Origin: Acetivibrionales bacterium
Lineage (GTDB): Bacteria > Bacillota > Clostridia > DSM-8532
Direction of reading: 5' to 3'
Assembly (NCBI GenBank): GCA_050945655.1
Contig: JBMNTI010000001.1
Span: 28,275-92,274, forward strand
Length of the DNA: 64,000 nt
The notes under the pieces are model-generated. The model had not been told where the DNA came from and did no database searches. It was given only the letters and a program-made list of their open reading frames with translations. Positions 31,296-40,635 of this stretch are shown piece by piece. The position numbers and the translations under genes are program-made. How positions within the stretch are numbered: position 1 is the first letter of the stretch; every line of letters begins with the position of its first letter.

Positions 31296-32603
31296 TTACT
31301 TCCTTGCCTTTCTGCGCAAGATATCCTTTCCCAATCTAATTGACTGTGTCAAGTGCCTTTTAGACGGGCATGTATAGGAACACGCACCGCATTCAATACA
31401 ATCAACAACATTATATCCTTCAAGGTCATCATACAGATTAGCCTTAACCAATCTGTCGATTTCAAAGGGCATCAGATTCACAGGACAGACATTTACGCAG
31501 CGCCCGCATCTTATACACACATTTTCTTCCGGTATCTTTCCGTCTTTTTCGTTTAAAGCCAACAGGGCATTTGTATATTTCATAACAGGTATATCGGCTG
31601 AATACAGTGCCACCCCCATCATAGGACCACCCATTATCAGCTTCACAGGTTCTGATTTAAATCCTCCGCAAAAATCAAAGACCTCACCTACAGGTGTCCC
31701 AATCAATATTTCGACATTCTGAGGTGTTTTTACCGACGAACCATCCACCGTAACGCGTTTTTTAATTAAAGGCATACCGGTTTTTAAATATTCGGCAACA
31801 AATGATACACTGGTCACATTCATTACAAGGCAACCAACTTCCGACGGAAGCTTACCTGATGGAACCTCGCGCCCTGTCAGAGTTTTAATAAGCATTTTCT
31901 CTGCACCCTGCGGATATCGTGATTTCAGACTGTGAACAGTAATACCCTCTATGGATTCCACAGCTTTTGTAAGCTTCCTTATTGCCTCCGGCTTATTATC
32001 CTCGATACCTATCAAGGCTCTTGATATTCCGGTCCATTTAAGTACATGCTTTATCCCCTCAAGTATATTTGATGAATTCTCCATACACTCCCGATAGTCG
32101 GATGTAATATATGGTTCGCATTCGGCAGCATTTATAATAAGGGTATCAATCCTTGCATCTTTAGGCGGATTCAGCTTTACATGGGCAGGGAAACCTGCTC
32201 CGCCAAGACCGGTCAGACCTGAATCCCGTATAGCTTTTAAAAAGGATTCTTTACTATCAACCACCGGGGGTTTGACATCCTCAGAAACTTCCTGAAACCC
32301 GTCGGGTTTGATTTCAACACAAACTACCGGCTTGCTGCCGGAAATAATACGTTCATCCACAGAAACAACAGTTCCGGAAACACTTGAATGAATTGGCACT
32401 GAAACATATGCTTCGGAGTTCCCAAGCACCTGTCCTGCCTTAACAGTATCACCTTTTTTTACCAGCACCTGGCATGGTGCTCCAATATGTTGTACCATGG
32501 GAATCACAATTTTTTCCGGAATGCCCATTTTCACAGTAGTACATTCCATAGTAGTTTTTTTCTGGGATGGATGCACTCCACCTTTAAAATCTTGGAATTT
32601 CAT
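31296..32603 (-). CDS. rnfC: Rnf complex subunit C (NADH-binding, 2x[4Fe-4S])
   Basis: GLGGAGFP nucleotide/FMN site and two CxxCxxCxxxCP motifs near the C-terminus. Confidence 0.94.
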   Translation of the reverse strand: MKFQDFKGGVHPSQKKTTMECTTVKMGIPEKIVIPMVQHIGAPCQVLVKKGDTVKAGQVLGNSEAYVSVPIHSSVSGTVVSVDERIISGSKPVVCVEIKPDGFQEVSEDVKPPVVDSKESFLKAIRDSGLTGLGGAGFPAHVKLNPPKDARIDTLIINAAECEPYITSDYRECMENSSNILEGIKHVLKWTGISRALIGIEDNKPEAIRKLTKAVESIEGITVHSLKSRYPQGAEKMLIKTLTGREVPSGKLPSEVGCLVMNVTSVSFVAEYLKTGMPLIKKRVTVDGSSVKTPQNVEILIGTPVGEVFDFCGGFKSEPVKLIMGGPMMGVALYSADIPVMKYTNALLALNEKDGKIPEENVCIRCGRCVNVCPVNLMPFEIDRLVKANLYDDLEGYNVVDCIECGACSYTCPSKRHLTQSIRLGKDILRRKARK

Positions 32604-33033
32604 TCAATCAACTCCATTAATCTAATAAAAAAACAATAATATTGAAAATAAAATAACTTAGTCGACCCTTAATATAATAACATAGCAATTGTGTTTTTAA
32701 AAGACTGAAAGATTGTTAAAAAACCTACAAACAGAGGGATACAGGGAATGGATAATGTATTAAGTATACACAATATGTCCAAAATATTTTTTTGTATAAA
32801 AAAGTATCTTAAAAAGGCTTGTGAATAGTGACAATTTTGTTTAGAATAAGAAACGGTTCTCTTTTTATTACTAAAGCAATAAAAAAATATATCTGGTATG
32901 AATTTATGTTTATTTCCCAGTGGCAGTATAAAATAAATCAAAAACATTGATAGCGAGAAACCCTTTATCAAATTATAAAAAACTGGATGATTTTGTGAAA
33001 TTTTTAACTATATTACTGAAAGGAGCAAGAATA

Positions 33034-34410
33034 GTGAAAGTAATCTTTACAGAAACAGTACTAAGAGATGCCAACCAATCTCTCATTGCAACAAGGATGC
33101 CTTTCGAAGATTTTGAACCTATATTGGAAAAAATCGATGAAGCAGGCTACGCCTCTATTGAATGCTGGGGAGGCGCAACTTTTGATTCGTGTCTCAGATA
33201 CTTGTCTGAAGATCCATGGGAACGGCTGCGAAAAATCAAGTCAAAGGTAAAAAAGACAAAACTTCAAATGTTATTAAGAGGCCAAAATTTATTGGGTTAT
33301 AAGCATTATCCCGACGATGTGGTGAAAAAATTTGTCGAACTTTCCATCAAAAACGGTATGGACATAATCAGGATCTTTGATGCTCTCAACGATTTCAGAA
33401 ATATTGAGGTTGCCGTTAAGGAGACACTCAAATGCGGCGGGCACGCACAGGGTGCAATTTGTTATACTTTAAGCCCAATACATAGTCTGGAGAACTATGT
33501 AAAGATGGGTAAAGTACTTGAAGAAATGGGTGTTAACTCAATCTGCATAAAGGATATGGCCGGAATTATGGGACCCCAGGAAGCCTATGATCTTTTTAAG
33601 GCTCTAAAGGAAACCGTAAAAGTCCCCCTGGTGCTTCATACACACTCTACCACGGGGCTCGGCCCCATAACCTGTGTAAAAGCTGTTGAAGCCGGCTGCG
33701 ATAGTATTGATACTGCTATTTCAATATTCTCCGGCGGTTCCGCTCAGCCTGCCACCGAAACTTTAAATTATACGTTTAGACAGATGGGCTACGAGACAGG
33801 TCTTAATGAAAAAGTTCTTAAGGAGATTAATGACTTTTTCAGGCCGGTTAAAGATAAGTTCATTCAGTCGGGTGTTCTTGACCCCTACGTAATGGGAACA
33901 GAAACAGATGCACTTGTTTATCAGATTCCGGGAGGAATGCTTTCGAACCTCATCTCCCAGCTAAAACAGCAAAATTCGCTGGATAGGCTGGAGGAAGTTC
34001 TCCAGGAAACACCCATAGTCAGAAAAGACTTGGGTTATCCTCCCCTTGTAACACCTATGAGCCAAATCGTAGGCGTTCAGGCAGCCACCAATGTATTAAT
34101 GGGCGAACGCTACAAAAATGTATCAAATGAGGTTAAGGCTTATTTTAAAGGCGAATACGGAAGGGCACCCGGCGAATTAAATCAGGATCTTGTTAATAAA
34201 GTCCTTGGGGATGAACAGCCTATTAACGGCAGATTTGCCGATACTATGGAGCCGTTGTTTGAAAAGACCAGGCAAGAACTTGGAAGCATGGCTGAATCTG
34301 ACGAAGATGTACTTTCTTATATTGCTTTCCCCCAGATTGCGGAAAAATTCTTTAAGGAAAGAGAAGAAAGAAAGGCTTCGACCGTCAGATACTCAATTAG
34401 AAAAATATAA
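33034..34410 (+). CDS. oadA: Oxaloacetate decarboxylase alpha-type carboxyltransferase subunit (5S/PycB family, no fused biotin domain)
   Basis: TxLRDANQS, HTHSTTGL and a TIM-barrel carboxyltransferase pattern. A GTG start at 33034 is preceded by AAAGGAG; the longer ATG ORF (32947) reaches into AT-rich promoter DNA. Confidence 0.85.
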   Translation: MKVIFTETVLRDANQSLIATRMPFEDFEPILEKIDEAGYASIECWGGATFDSCLRYLSEDPWERLRKIKSKVKKTKLQMLLRGQNLLGYKHYPDDVVKKFVELSIKNGMDIIRIFDALNDFRNIEVAVKETLKCGGHAQGAICYTLSPIHSLENYVKMGKVLEEMGVNSICIKDMAGIMGPQEAYDLFKALKETVKVPLVLHTHSTTGLGPITCVKAVEAGCDSIDTAISIFSGGSAQPATETLNYTFRQMGYETGLNEKVLKEINDFFRPVKDKFIQSGVLDPYVMGTETDALVYQIPGGMLSNLISQLKQQNSLDRLEEVLQETPIVRKDLGYPPLVTPMSQIVGVQAATNVLMGERYKNVSNEVKAYFKGEYGRAPGELNQDLVNKVLGDEQPINGRFADTMEPLFEKTRQELGSMAESDEDVLSYIAFPQIAEKFFKEREERKASTVRYSIRKI

Positions 34411-34418
34411 AAGGCGGT

Positions 34419-34742
34419 ATGTTTATGTCATTTTTAGATAGCTTACTTATTTCCTTTTTCGGATTAGGATTAGTATTCGTTGTATTGATTGGTTTGAGCG
34501 CGGTCATTACTCTTGAATCAAAGGTATTTCGTTTTTTTAAAGCTCATAAAAAAGAAGCCGATACAAAAAGACCCGACAATCCTGCCATAAACACTGATGA
34601 TATGGTGGATGCCGGCGCAGGAGATTTGAAATTAGTTGGGGTCGATGAAAGGACAGCGGCCATGATTATGGCTATAGTAAGTGACGAATCGGGTATCCCG
34701 CTTTCGGAGCTGCAGTTTAAAAATATAAAGGCATTGAATTAA
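34419..34742 (+). CDS. oadG: Na+-transporting decarboxylase gamma subunit (OadG family)
   Basis: 107 aa with an N-terminal TM (LLISFFGLGLVFVVLIGLS) followed by a charged tail. Lies between the alpha and biotin-carrier genes. Confidence 0.75.
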   Translation: MFMSFLDSLLISFFGLGLVFVVLIGLSAVITLESKVFRFFKAHKKEADTKRPDNPAINTDDMVDAGAGDLKLVGVDERTAAMIMAIVSDESGIPLSELQFKNIKALN

Positions 34743-34764
34743 TAGCCTTGTTAGGAGGATTACA

Positions 34765-35157
34765 ATGAAATATATCGTAACTATAAACGATAAGAATTAT
34801 GAAGTTGAAGTTGAAAAAGGACAGGCAACTATTCTTATTACCTCTCAAGCCGCAGCGCCGGTTATTCAGACCCAGCCTGTGCCGGCAGCACCGGTAGCAG
34901 CTCCCGCACCGGCGGCAGCAGCTTCTTCTCCGGGCGGTATTTCCGGCGAAGCCATAAAGGCACCTATGCCGGGAACTATTCTGAGTATAAAAGTTTCGCC
35001 GGGAACATCAGTTAAAAAGGGTGATACTCTCGTTATTTTAGAAGCCATGAAGATGGAAAACGAAATTAGTGCCCCGCGCGACGGCGTGGTGTCTGAAGTA
35101 ATAGTGACCACGGGAGCATCCGTATCAACAGGGGATGTTCTTCTGGCAATAAAATAG
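34765..35157 (+). CDS. Biotin carboxyl carrier subunit of the decarboxylase
   Basis: A/P-rich linker plus a biotinyl domain with an EAMKMENE attachment motif. Confidence 0.9.
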   Translation: MKYIVTINDKNYEVEVEKGQATILITSQAAAPVIQTQPVPAAPVAAPAPAAAASSPGGISGEAIKAPMPGTILSIKVSPGTSVKKGDTLVILEAMKMENEISAPRDGVVSEVIVTTGASVSTGDVLLAIK

Positions 35158-35172
35158 GGGGTAAAAATATTC

Positions 35173-36318
35173 ATGACATACTCGTTAGGTGAAACAATAA
35201 ATAAAATATGGAGTTTGTCGGGATTTGCCGCTATTACATGGCGGGAACTCCTGATGATAATAATTTCCTTTGTACTGATTTATCTTGCTATCGAGAAGAA
35301 GTTTGAGCCTCTTCTTCTGCTTCCCATCGCTTTTGGGATGCTTTTGGCAAATATGCCTATGACCGACCTTCTGGCCAAACCTCTTGGCGATCAGCCCGGA
35401 GGACTTCTCTATTACCTTTATCAGGGCATAGAATTAGGAATTTACCCGTCTCTCATCTTTTTAGGAATCGGAGCTATGACCGACTTTGGCCCTTTGATAG
35501 CAAGACCTTCAAGCCTGTTTCTGGGAGCCGCTGCTCAGCTTGGTATCTACATTGCATTTATGGTTGCAATAGCCTTAGGCTTCTTGCCTGAAGAGGCTGC
35601 CTCCATTGGTATTATAGGAGGTGCGGACGGCCCCACTGCAATTTGGCTTACATCGAAGCTGGCCAAGGATCTGTTGCCTGCCATAGCCATAGCAGCCTAT
35701 TCATATATGGCTTTAATACCCATGATTCAGCCTCCTATTATGAGGATGCTGACTACCAGGAAAGAAAGAGAAGTCAAAATGGAACAGCTTAGAGAGGTTT
35801 CTAAACTGGAAAAAATCGTCTTTCCTATAATCGTTACCGTTCTATGTACGCTTCTTCTGCCGTCGGTGGCACCGCTCATAGGTATGCTGATGCTTGGAAA
35901 TCTGTTCAGGGAATCCGGCGTAGTCGACAGAATTTCAAAAACCGCACAGAATGAGCTTATTAATATAGTCACCATATTCCTGGGAGTAACAGTAGGTTCA
36001 AAAGCAGTGGGGGAAAAATTCCTTCAGCCTGAAACACTTATGATTATCGGCCTTGGACTAACTGCATTCGCTTTCAGCACAGTGGGAGGCGTACTCCTTG
36101 GCAAGCTTATGTACTGGCTTTCAGGGGGTAACATCAATCCTCTCATAGGCTCAGCCGGTGTTTCGGCCGTACCTATGGCTGCCAGGGTATCTCAAATTGA
36201 AGGCCAAAAGGCTAATCCGGGCAACTACCTTCTGATGCACGCCATGGGACCGAACGTTGCAGGTGTTATCGGTTCGGCTGTTGCCGCCGGTGTATTATAT
36301 GCGCTGTTTGGAAAATAA
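35173..36318 (+). CDS. oadB: Na+-transporting decarboxylase beta subunit (OadB/GcdB/MmdB family)
   Basis: 381-aa polytopic membrane protein (GIIGGADGPT, GSAGVSAVPMAAR motifs). Confidence 0.92.
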   Translation: MTYSLGETINKIWSLSGFAAITWRELLMIIISFVLIYLAIEKKFEPLLLLPIAFGMLLANMPMTDLLAKPLGDQPGGLLYYLYQGIELGIYPSLIFLGIGAMTDFGPLIARPSSLFLGAAAQLGIYIAFMVAIALGFLPEEAASIGIIGGADGPTAIWLTSKLAKDLLPAIAIAAYSYMALIPMIQPPIMRMLTTRKEREVKMEQLREVSKLEKIVFPIIVTVLCTLLLPSVAPLIGMLMLGNLFRESGVVDRISKTAQNELINIVTIFLGVTVGSKAVGEKFLQPETLMIIGLGLTAFAFSTVGGVLLGKLMYWLSGGNINPLIGSAGVSAVPMAARVSQIEGQKANPGNYLLMHAMGPNVAGVIGSAVAAGVLYALFGK

Positions 36319-36331
36319 GATTTGTTTGTTT

Positions 36332-36424
36332 AAAGGGCTGTCTCAAAATAGGTAGGCAAATTCTTCGGCCATTTACGGCCTCAGAATGACGCGATACGTA
36401 ATTTTTGGACAGCCCTTTTCTTAT
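36332..36424. terminator. Hairpin region between convergent oadB (+) and glnN (-)
   Basis: AAAGGGCTGTC (36332..36342) pairs with GACAGCCCTTT (36408..36418), with an inner GGCC-ATTTAC-GGCC hairpin and a T-run after the 3' arm. Confidence 0.4.
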
Positions 36425-36461
36425 AATAAGGACTTTCTGTTTCAAATGATGGTAAGAATAA

Positions 36462-38567
36462 TCAAATCAGCCCGAACAGCAAATCGCCATATGTCGGAAT
36501 GGGCCATAGGTTCGCATCCATTAGATTCTCAAGCCTATCCGCATCTTTCCTGAGATCCTCCATAATCGGAATAACCATTTCCTTATAGGCTCTGGCCTTG
36601 ATAAGAGAGTCGCCGGTCATTTTATCAAGAGTTTCAATAGAGTCATTAAGGGCATCGGCGTCTATCCTGAGACTTGATGTAAGAACCACAAGCTTGTCTA
36701 AAACGCTTTTTGTCGACTTGGAATCCGCTCCAGCAGAATTCAGAGCCGAAACCGTATCGGCAACGCGCTTTACATAGTAGAGCGCTGCCGGGAGTATCTG
36801 TCGGCTGATCATCTCGGCCATGGTCAGAGCTTCTATCCTTACTGTCTTTATATAGTTCTCCAGCTGTATTTCATACCTGGAGTGAACTTCAATAGGTGTT
36901 AGCACACCGGTTCTTTTAAACAATTCTATATTTTTTTCCTTAATTAAGGCCGGGATTGCATCCACTGCTGTTTTTAAGTTAGGCAAACCTCTTTTTTCGG
37001 CTTCGGAAACCCATTCCTCCGAATAATTGTTGCCGTTGAATATTATACGCTTATGGTTTTGAATAATATCTTTAACCACACAATATACCTCAGTCTGAAA
37101 ATTAGATGCCTGTTCAAGCCTGTCGGCAATCTGGTTCAAAGAATCTGCTACTATCGTATTTATTATAAAATTGGGAGTTGCTATGGATTGAGATGCCCCC
37201 ACCATTCTGAACTCAAATTTATTTCCCGTAAAAGCAAAGGGTGACGTTCTGTTTCTGTCGGTTGTATCCTTTGGCAGTATAGGCAACGTCAAAACACCTG
37301 TTTCAAGGGTTCTGCAGCTCCCGTTATTCTTTGATACACCTGTTTCGATTTGCTCAAAGACATTTGTCAGCTCCTCACCTAAATAAACCGAAACAATTGC
37401 AGGAGGTGCTTCATTTGCACCCAATCTATGGTCATTCCCTGCCGATGCAACCGAAAAACGCAATAAGTCGGCATATTCATCAACTGCCATGATTACTGCA
37501 CACACAAATATAAGGAACTGAGCATTATCAAGTGGAGTTACGCCCGAATCCAGCAGGTTTCTTCCTTCGTCGGTAGAAAGGGACCAGTTATTGTGCTTGC
37601 CCGAGCCGTTTACCCCTGCAAAGGGTTTTTCATGCAGCAGACAAGCCAGGCCGAGTTTGTCGGCAACGCTTTTCATAACCTCCATTGTCAGCTGGTTATG
37701 ATCTGTAGCTATATTAGCCGTAGAGTATACCGGAGCCAGCTCATGCTGGGCGGGGGCTGCCTCATTATGCTTTGTCTTAGCTGTTACCCCCAGCTTCCAC
37801 AGCTCGACATCAAGCTCGTGCATAAACTGGGATACTCTGTCTTTCAGATTGCCGAAATAATGATCGTCAAGCTCCTGACCCTTGGGAGGCTTTGCGCCGA
37901 ATAGTGTTCTTCCCGTATAAATAAGATCCTTCCTTTTCATAAAGTATTCCTTGTCAACCAAAAAATACTCCTGCTCGGCGCCCATAGTTGTTATAACATT
38001 CTTTGTATTTGTATCCCCAAATAGCCGCAATATTCTCAGGGCAGCTTTTGAAATTGCCTCCATCGATCTTAAAAGAGGGGTCTTAAGATCCAATGCTTCT
38101 CCCGTATAAGAGCAAAACGCCGTAGGTATGAACAATGTTCTGTCCCTTACAAATGCAGGGGAAGTACAATCCCATGCGGTATAACCCCTGGCTTCAAAAG
38201 TTACTCTCAAGCCGCCCGACGGAAAGGATGACGCATCAGGCTCACCCTTAATAAGTTCTTTGCTTGAAAACTCCATAATGGCTCTTCCGTCGCTGGTAGG
38301 GGTAAGAAAAGAATCGTGCTTACCTGCGGTAACACCTGTCATCGGCTGAAACCAATGAGTATAGTGTGTGGCTCCCTTTTCTACCGCCCAGTCCTTCATA
38401 ACACACGCAACTACCTCGGCAACCTCCGGATCCAGCGGCAAGCCCAGATTAATGGTTTCTTTCAATTTATTATAAGTAGCTTTCGGAAGCCGTTCCCGCA
38501 TTACAAAATCATTAAAGACATTTATCCCAAATATATCAGAGCTAAATACACTCATGCCTTTTTCCAT
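36462..38567 (-). CDS. glnN: Glutamine synthetase type III
   Basis: 701 aa with the GSIII N-terminal domain and catalytic core (NGSGKHNNWS, EAPPAIVSVYLG). GAGGGGG RBS 7 nt before the ATG. Confidence 0.93.
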   Translation of the reverse strand: MEKGMSVFSSDIFGINVFNDFVMRERLPKATYNKLKETINLGLPLDPEVAEVVACVMKDWAVEKGATHYTHWFQPMTGVTAGKHDSFLTPTSDGRAIMEFSSKELIKGEPDASSFPSGGLRVTFEARGYTAWDCTSPAFVRDRTLFIPTAFCSYTGEALDLKTPLLRSMEAISKAALRILRLFGDTNTKNVITTMGAEQEYFLVDKEYFMKRKDLIYTGRTLFGAKPPKGQELDDHYFGNLKDRVSQFMHELDVELWKLGVTAKTKHNEAAPAQHELAPVYSTANIATDHNQLTMEVMKSVADKLGLACLLHEKPFAGVNGSGKHNNWSLSTDEGRNLLDSGVTPLDNAQFLIFVCAVIMAVDEYADLLRFSVASAGNDHRLGANEAPPAIVSVYLGEELTNVFEQIETGVSKNNGSCRTLETGVLTLPILPKDTTDRNRTSPFAFTGNKFEFRMVGASQSIATPNFIINTIVADSLNQIADRLEQASNFQTEVYCVVKDIIQNHKRIIFNGNNYSEEWVSEAEKRGLPNLKTAVDAIPALIKEKNIELFKRTGVLTPIEVHSRYEIQLENYIKTVRIEALTMAEMISRQILPAALYYVKRVADTVSALNSAGADSKSTKSVLDKLVVLTSSLRIDADALNDSIETLDKMTGDSLIKARAYKEMVIPIMEDLRKDADRLENLMDANLWPIPTYGDLLFGLI

Positions 38568-38647
38568 TCTTAGTCCCCCTCAATATGCAAAGGGCGTTTA
38601 TTATCCCTAAAACGCCCTAGATATTCAAACCGCAATTATTTTAGAAT

Positions 38648-38676
38648 AGTATAACAGATGCGGTTTTTAGCGTCAA
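38648..38676 (-). promoter_or_regulatory. Candidate sigma-A promoter of glnN
   Basis: The minus strand reads TTGACG-(17 nt)-TATACT, about 80 nt upstream of the glnN ATG. It is overlapped by the inverted repeat AAACCGCA-N24-TGCGGTTT (38627..38666). Confidence 0.45.
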
Positions 38677-38906
38677 TTTGCATTATTAATTAATATATCG
38701 GCTAAATTCGATATAAATTATTATATATTTGTGCTAAAAAATACTATGAGTAAAAATTAACCTTTTTATCAGCAATTTTTAATTAAATTCTTATATTATT
38801 TAAAAACCGGGTCTATATAATATTAACATATAGTAATTATGATCCGCCTCTCTTCTTTGGAAGACATTACGGATACTACGAAAATATATTAACGGAGGAA
38901 TAAAGT

Positions 38907-39119
38907 ATGTATAATTCTTTCATGTCGTTCAGGGATGCGTTTATAAACAGATTCGGCTCGGTTCTGGGATATGTGCTTATGGTTTTTTGCATGCTTGTTA
39001 CCCTTTCGCTAACCATATTCCTGATAAAATTCTTTTTCAAAATAGCAGCGGGCCTTCTGATAGCTTGTTGCGTACTATACGGAATCTACAAGCTTAGGGA
39101 GCTTATAAAAAAGAGATAA
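38907..39119 (+). CDS. Small hypothetical membrane protein (2 TM)
   Basis: 70 aa with a strong RBS (GGAGGAATAAAGT-ATG) and two hydrophobic helices. No family recognised. Confidence 0.5.
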   Translation: MYNSFMSFRDAFINRFGSVLGYVLMVFCMLVTLSLTIFLIKFFFKIAAGLLIACCVLYGIYKLRELIKKR

Positions 39120-39120
39120 A

Positions 39121-40560
39121 TCACAGGGAGTTTTTCAGCTCCCTGGCAAGTATTTCCCTTACCTGGGACGGATCTCCCCTTCCCTTTAATGCTGCCATGG
39201 CTTTACCCATCAAAAATGTTACCGCTTTTTCTTTTCCGGATTTATAGTCACCAACGGCTCTGGGATTCCTGGTGATTGCCTCCCTTACCGCTTTGACGAT
39301 AAGACCTTCATCTCTTTGAACCTTAAGGTCTAATCGTTCAATTATTTTTTCAGGACACTCCCCTGTTTCAAGCAGTACGTCAATAACCTGTATAGCCGAA
39401 GCGTGTGTTATGTCGCCCTTTTCCAGTAAGCTCAAAATTTGTCCGAGATTATCACCATTTATATATGAATTGATTATTTCCGCACCCTTTTCGTTTATCC
39501 TTCTCATAATATCAGTCATGATCCAGTTGCTTGCAAGCTTTGGTTTGCCGCATATTTGGGATGCCCTTTCAAAAATATCGGCAAGTTTTTTATTTAATGT
39601 TATCAGAGCTGCGTCATATTTCGGGATTCCAAGCCGGGTTACATATCTTTCCCTTCGCTCCCGGGGAAGCTCAGGTATACCCGACCTGATTGCATTAATA
39701 AAGTTTTCGTCAATGCATACGGGAGGCAGATCAGGTTCGGGGAAATACCGGTAATCCATTGCTTCTTCCTTGCCGCGCATTATGAAACTCTCACCCTTAT
39801 TGTCATCCCACCTTCTGGTTTCCTGAAAAACTTCCCCTCCTGAGTCCAGTATCCGTGCCTGCCGCTCAGCTTCCTTCCGGGCGGCTCTTTCAACTGCTCT
39901 CATGGAGTTTAAGTTCTTAATTTCAGTTCTTACTCCAAATTCTTGGATCCCTTTCGGCTTAAGCGACAGGTTTACATCTGCCCTCAAGGAGCCCTCCTGC
40001 ATTTTGCAATTCGAAACCCCGGTGTACTCAAGTATAGACTTTATTTCTTCAAGGAGAATCTTAGCTTCTTCCGGGGACCTTATGTCAGGTTTGGTGACAA
40101 TCTCAATAAGCGGTACTCCGCACCGGTTATAGTCAATCAAAGAATCCTCTTTGGAAGAACAATGGATGAGCTTTCCCGCATCTTCCTCAATATGAATGCG
40201 TTCTATCCCAATCTTTTTGGTTTCCTCACCAACATCTATATCCACATAGCCGTCATAGCAAATCGGTAAATTATACTGGGTAACCTGATAAGCCTTCGGC
40301 ATATCGGGATAAAAATAATTCTTGCGGTCAAACTTGCTGAACAATGCTATCTTGCATTGCATGGCCAGTCCTGCTTTAATCGTGTATTCCAATGCTTTTT
40401 TATTCAGAACGGGCAAAGCACCGGGCATTCCGAGACATATGGGACAACATCTTGTATTCGGCTCATCGCCGAACTCATTCTTGCATCCGCAGAAAAGCTT
40501 AGAGCTTGTTTTTAGCTCTGCGTGGATTTCCAGGCCGATTACAATATCGTACTCCATCAT
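39121..40560 (-). CDS. gatB: Asp/Glu-tRNA(Asn/Gln) amidotransferase subunit B
   Basis: MMEYDIVIGLEIHAEL N-terminus, cradle domain, and a YqeY-like tail. Confidence 0.96.
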   Translation of the reverse strand: MMEYDIVIGLEIHAELKTSSKLFCGCKNEFGDEPNTRCCPICLGMPGALPVLNKKALEYTIKAGLAMQCKIALFSKFDRKNYFYPDMPKAYQVTQYNLPICYDGYVDIDVGEETKKIGIERIHIEEDAGKLIHCSSKEDSLIDYNRCGVPLIEIVTKPDIRSPEEAKILLEEIKSILEYTGVSNCKMQEGSLRADVNLSLKPKGIQEFGVRTEIKNLNSMRAVERAARKEAERQARILDSGGEVFQETRRWDDNKGESFIMRGKEEAMDYRYFPEPDLPPVCIDENFINAIRSGIPELPRERRERYVTRLGIPKYDAALITLNKKLADIFERASQICGKPKLASNWIMTDIMRRINEKGAEIINSYINGDNLGQILSLLEKGDITHASAIQVIDVLLETGECPEKIIERLDLKVQRDEGLIVKAVREAITRNPRAVGDYKSGKEKAVTFLMGKAMAALKGRGDPSQVREILARELKNSL

Positions 40561-40635
40561 ATGTCCTCCTGATTCGTTATTAAGGTGCCGGGATGATCAA
40601 GAATATTGATATCGTATTCCATCATATGTCCTCCT
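40544..40635 (-). repeat. 65-bp-offset tandem duplication of the gatA-stop/gatB-start junction
   Basis: ATATCGTACTCCATCATATGTCCTCCT (40544..40570) versus ATATCGTATTCCATCATATGTCCTCCT (40609..40635), 26/27 identical. Confidence 0.9.

Noticed and set aside
32669-32971. 100-aa minus-strand ORF in the rnfC/oadA divergent intergenic region.
   Set aside because: The DNA is extremely AT-rich and the translation is Phe/Ile/Leu/Lys-biased. There is no RBS and no motif, and it overlaps the probable promoters of both operons.
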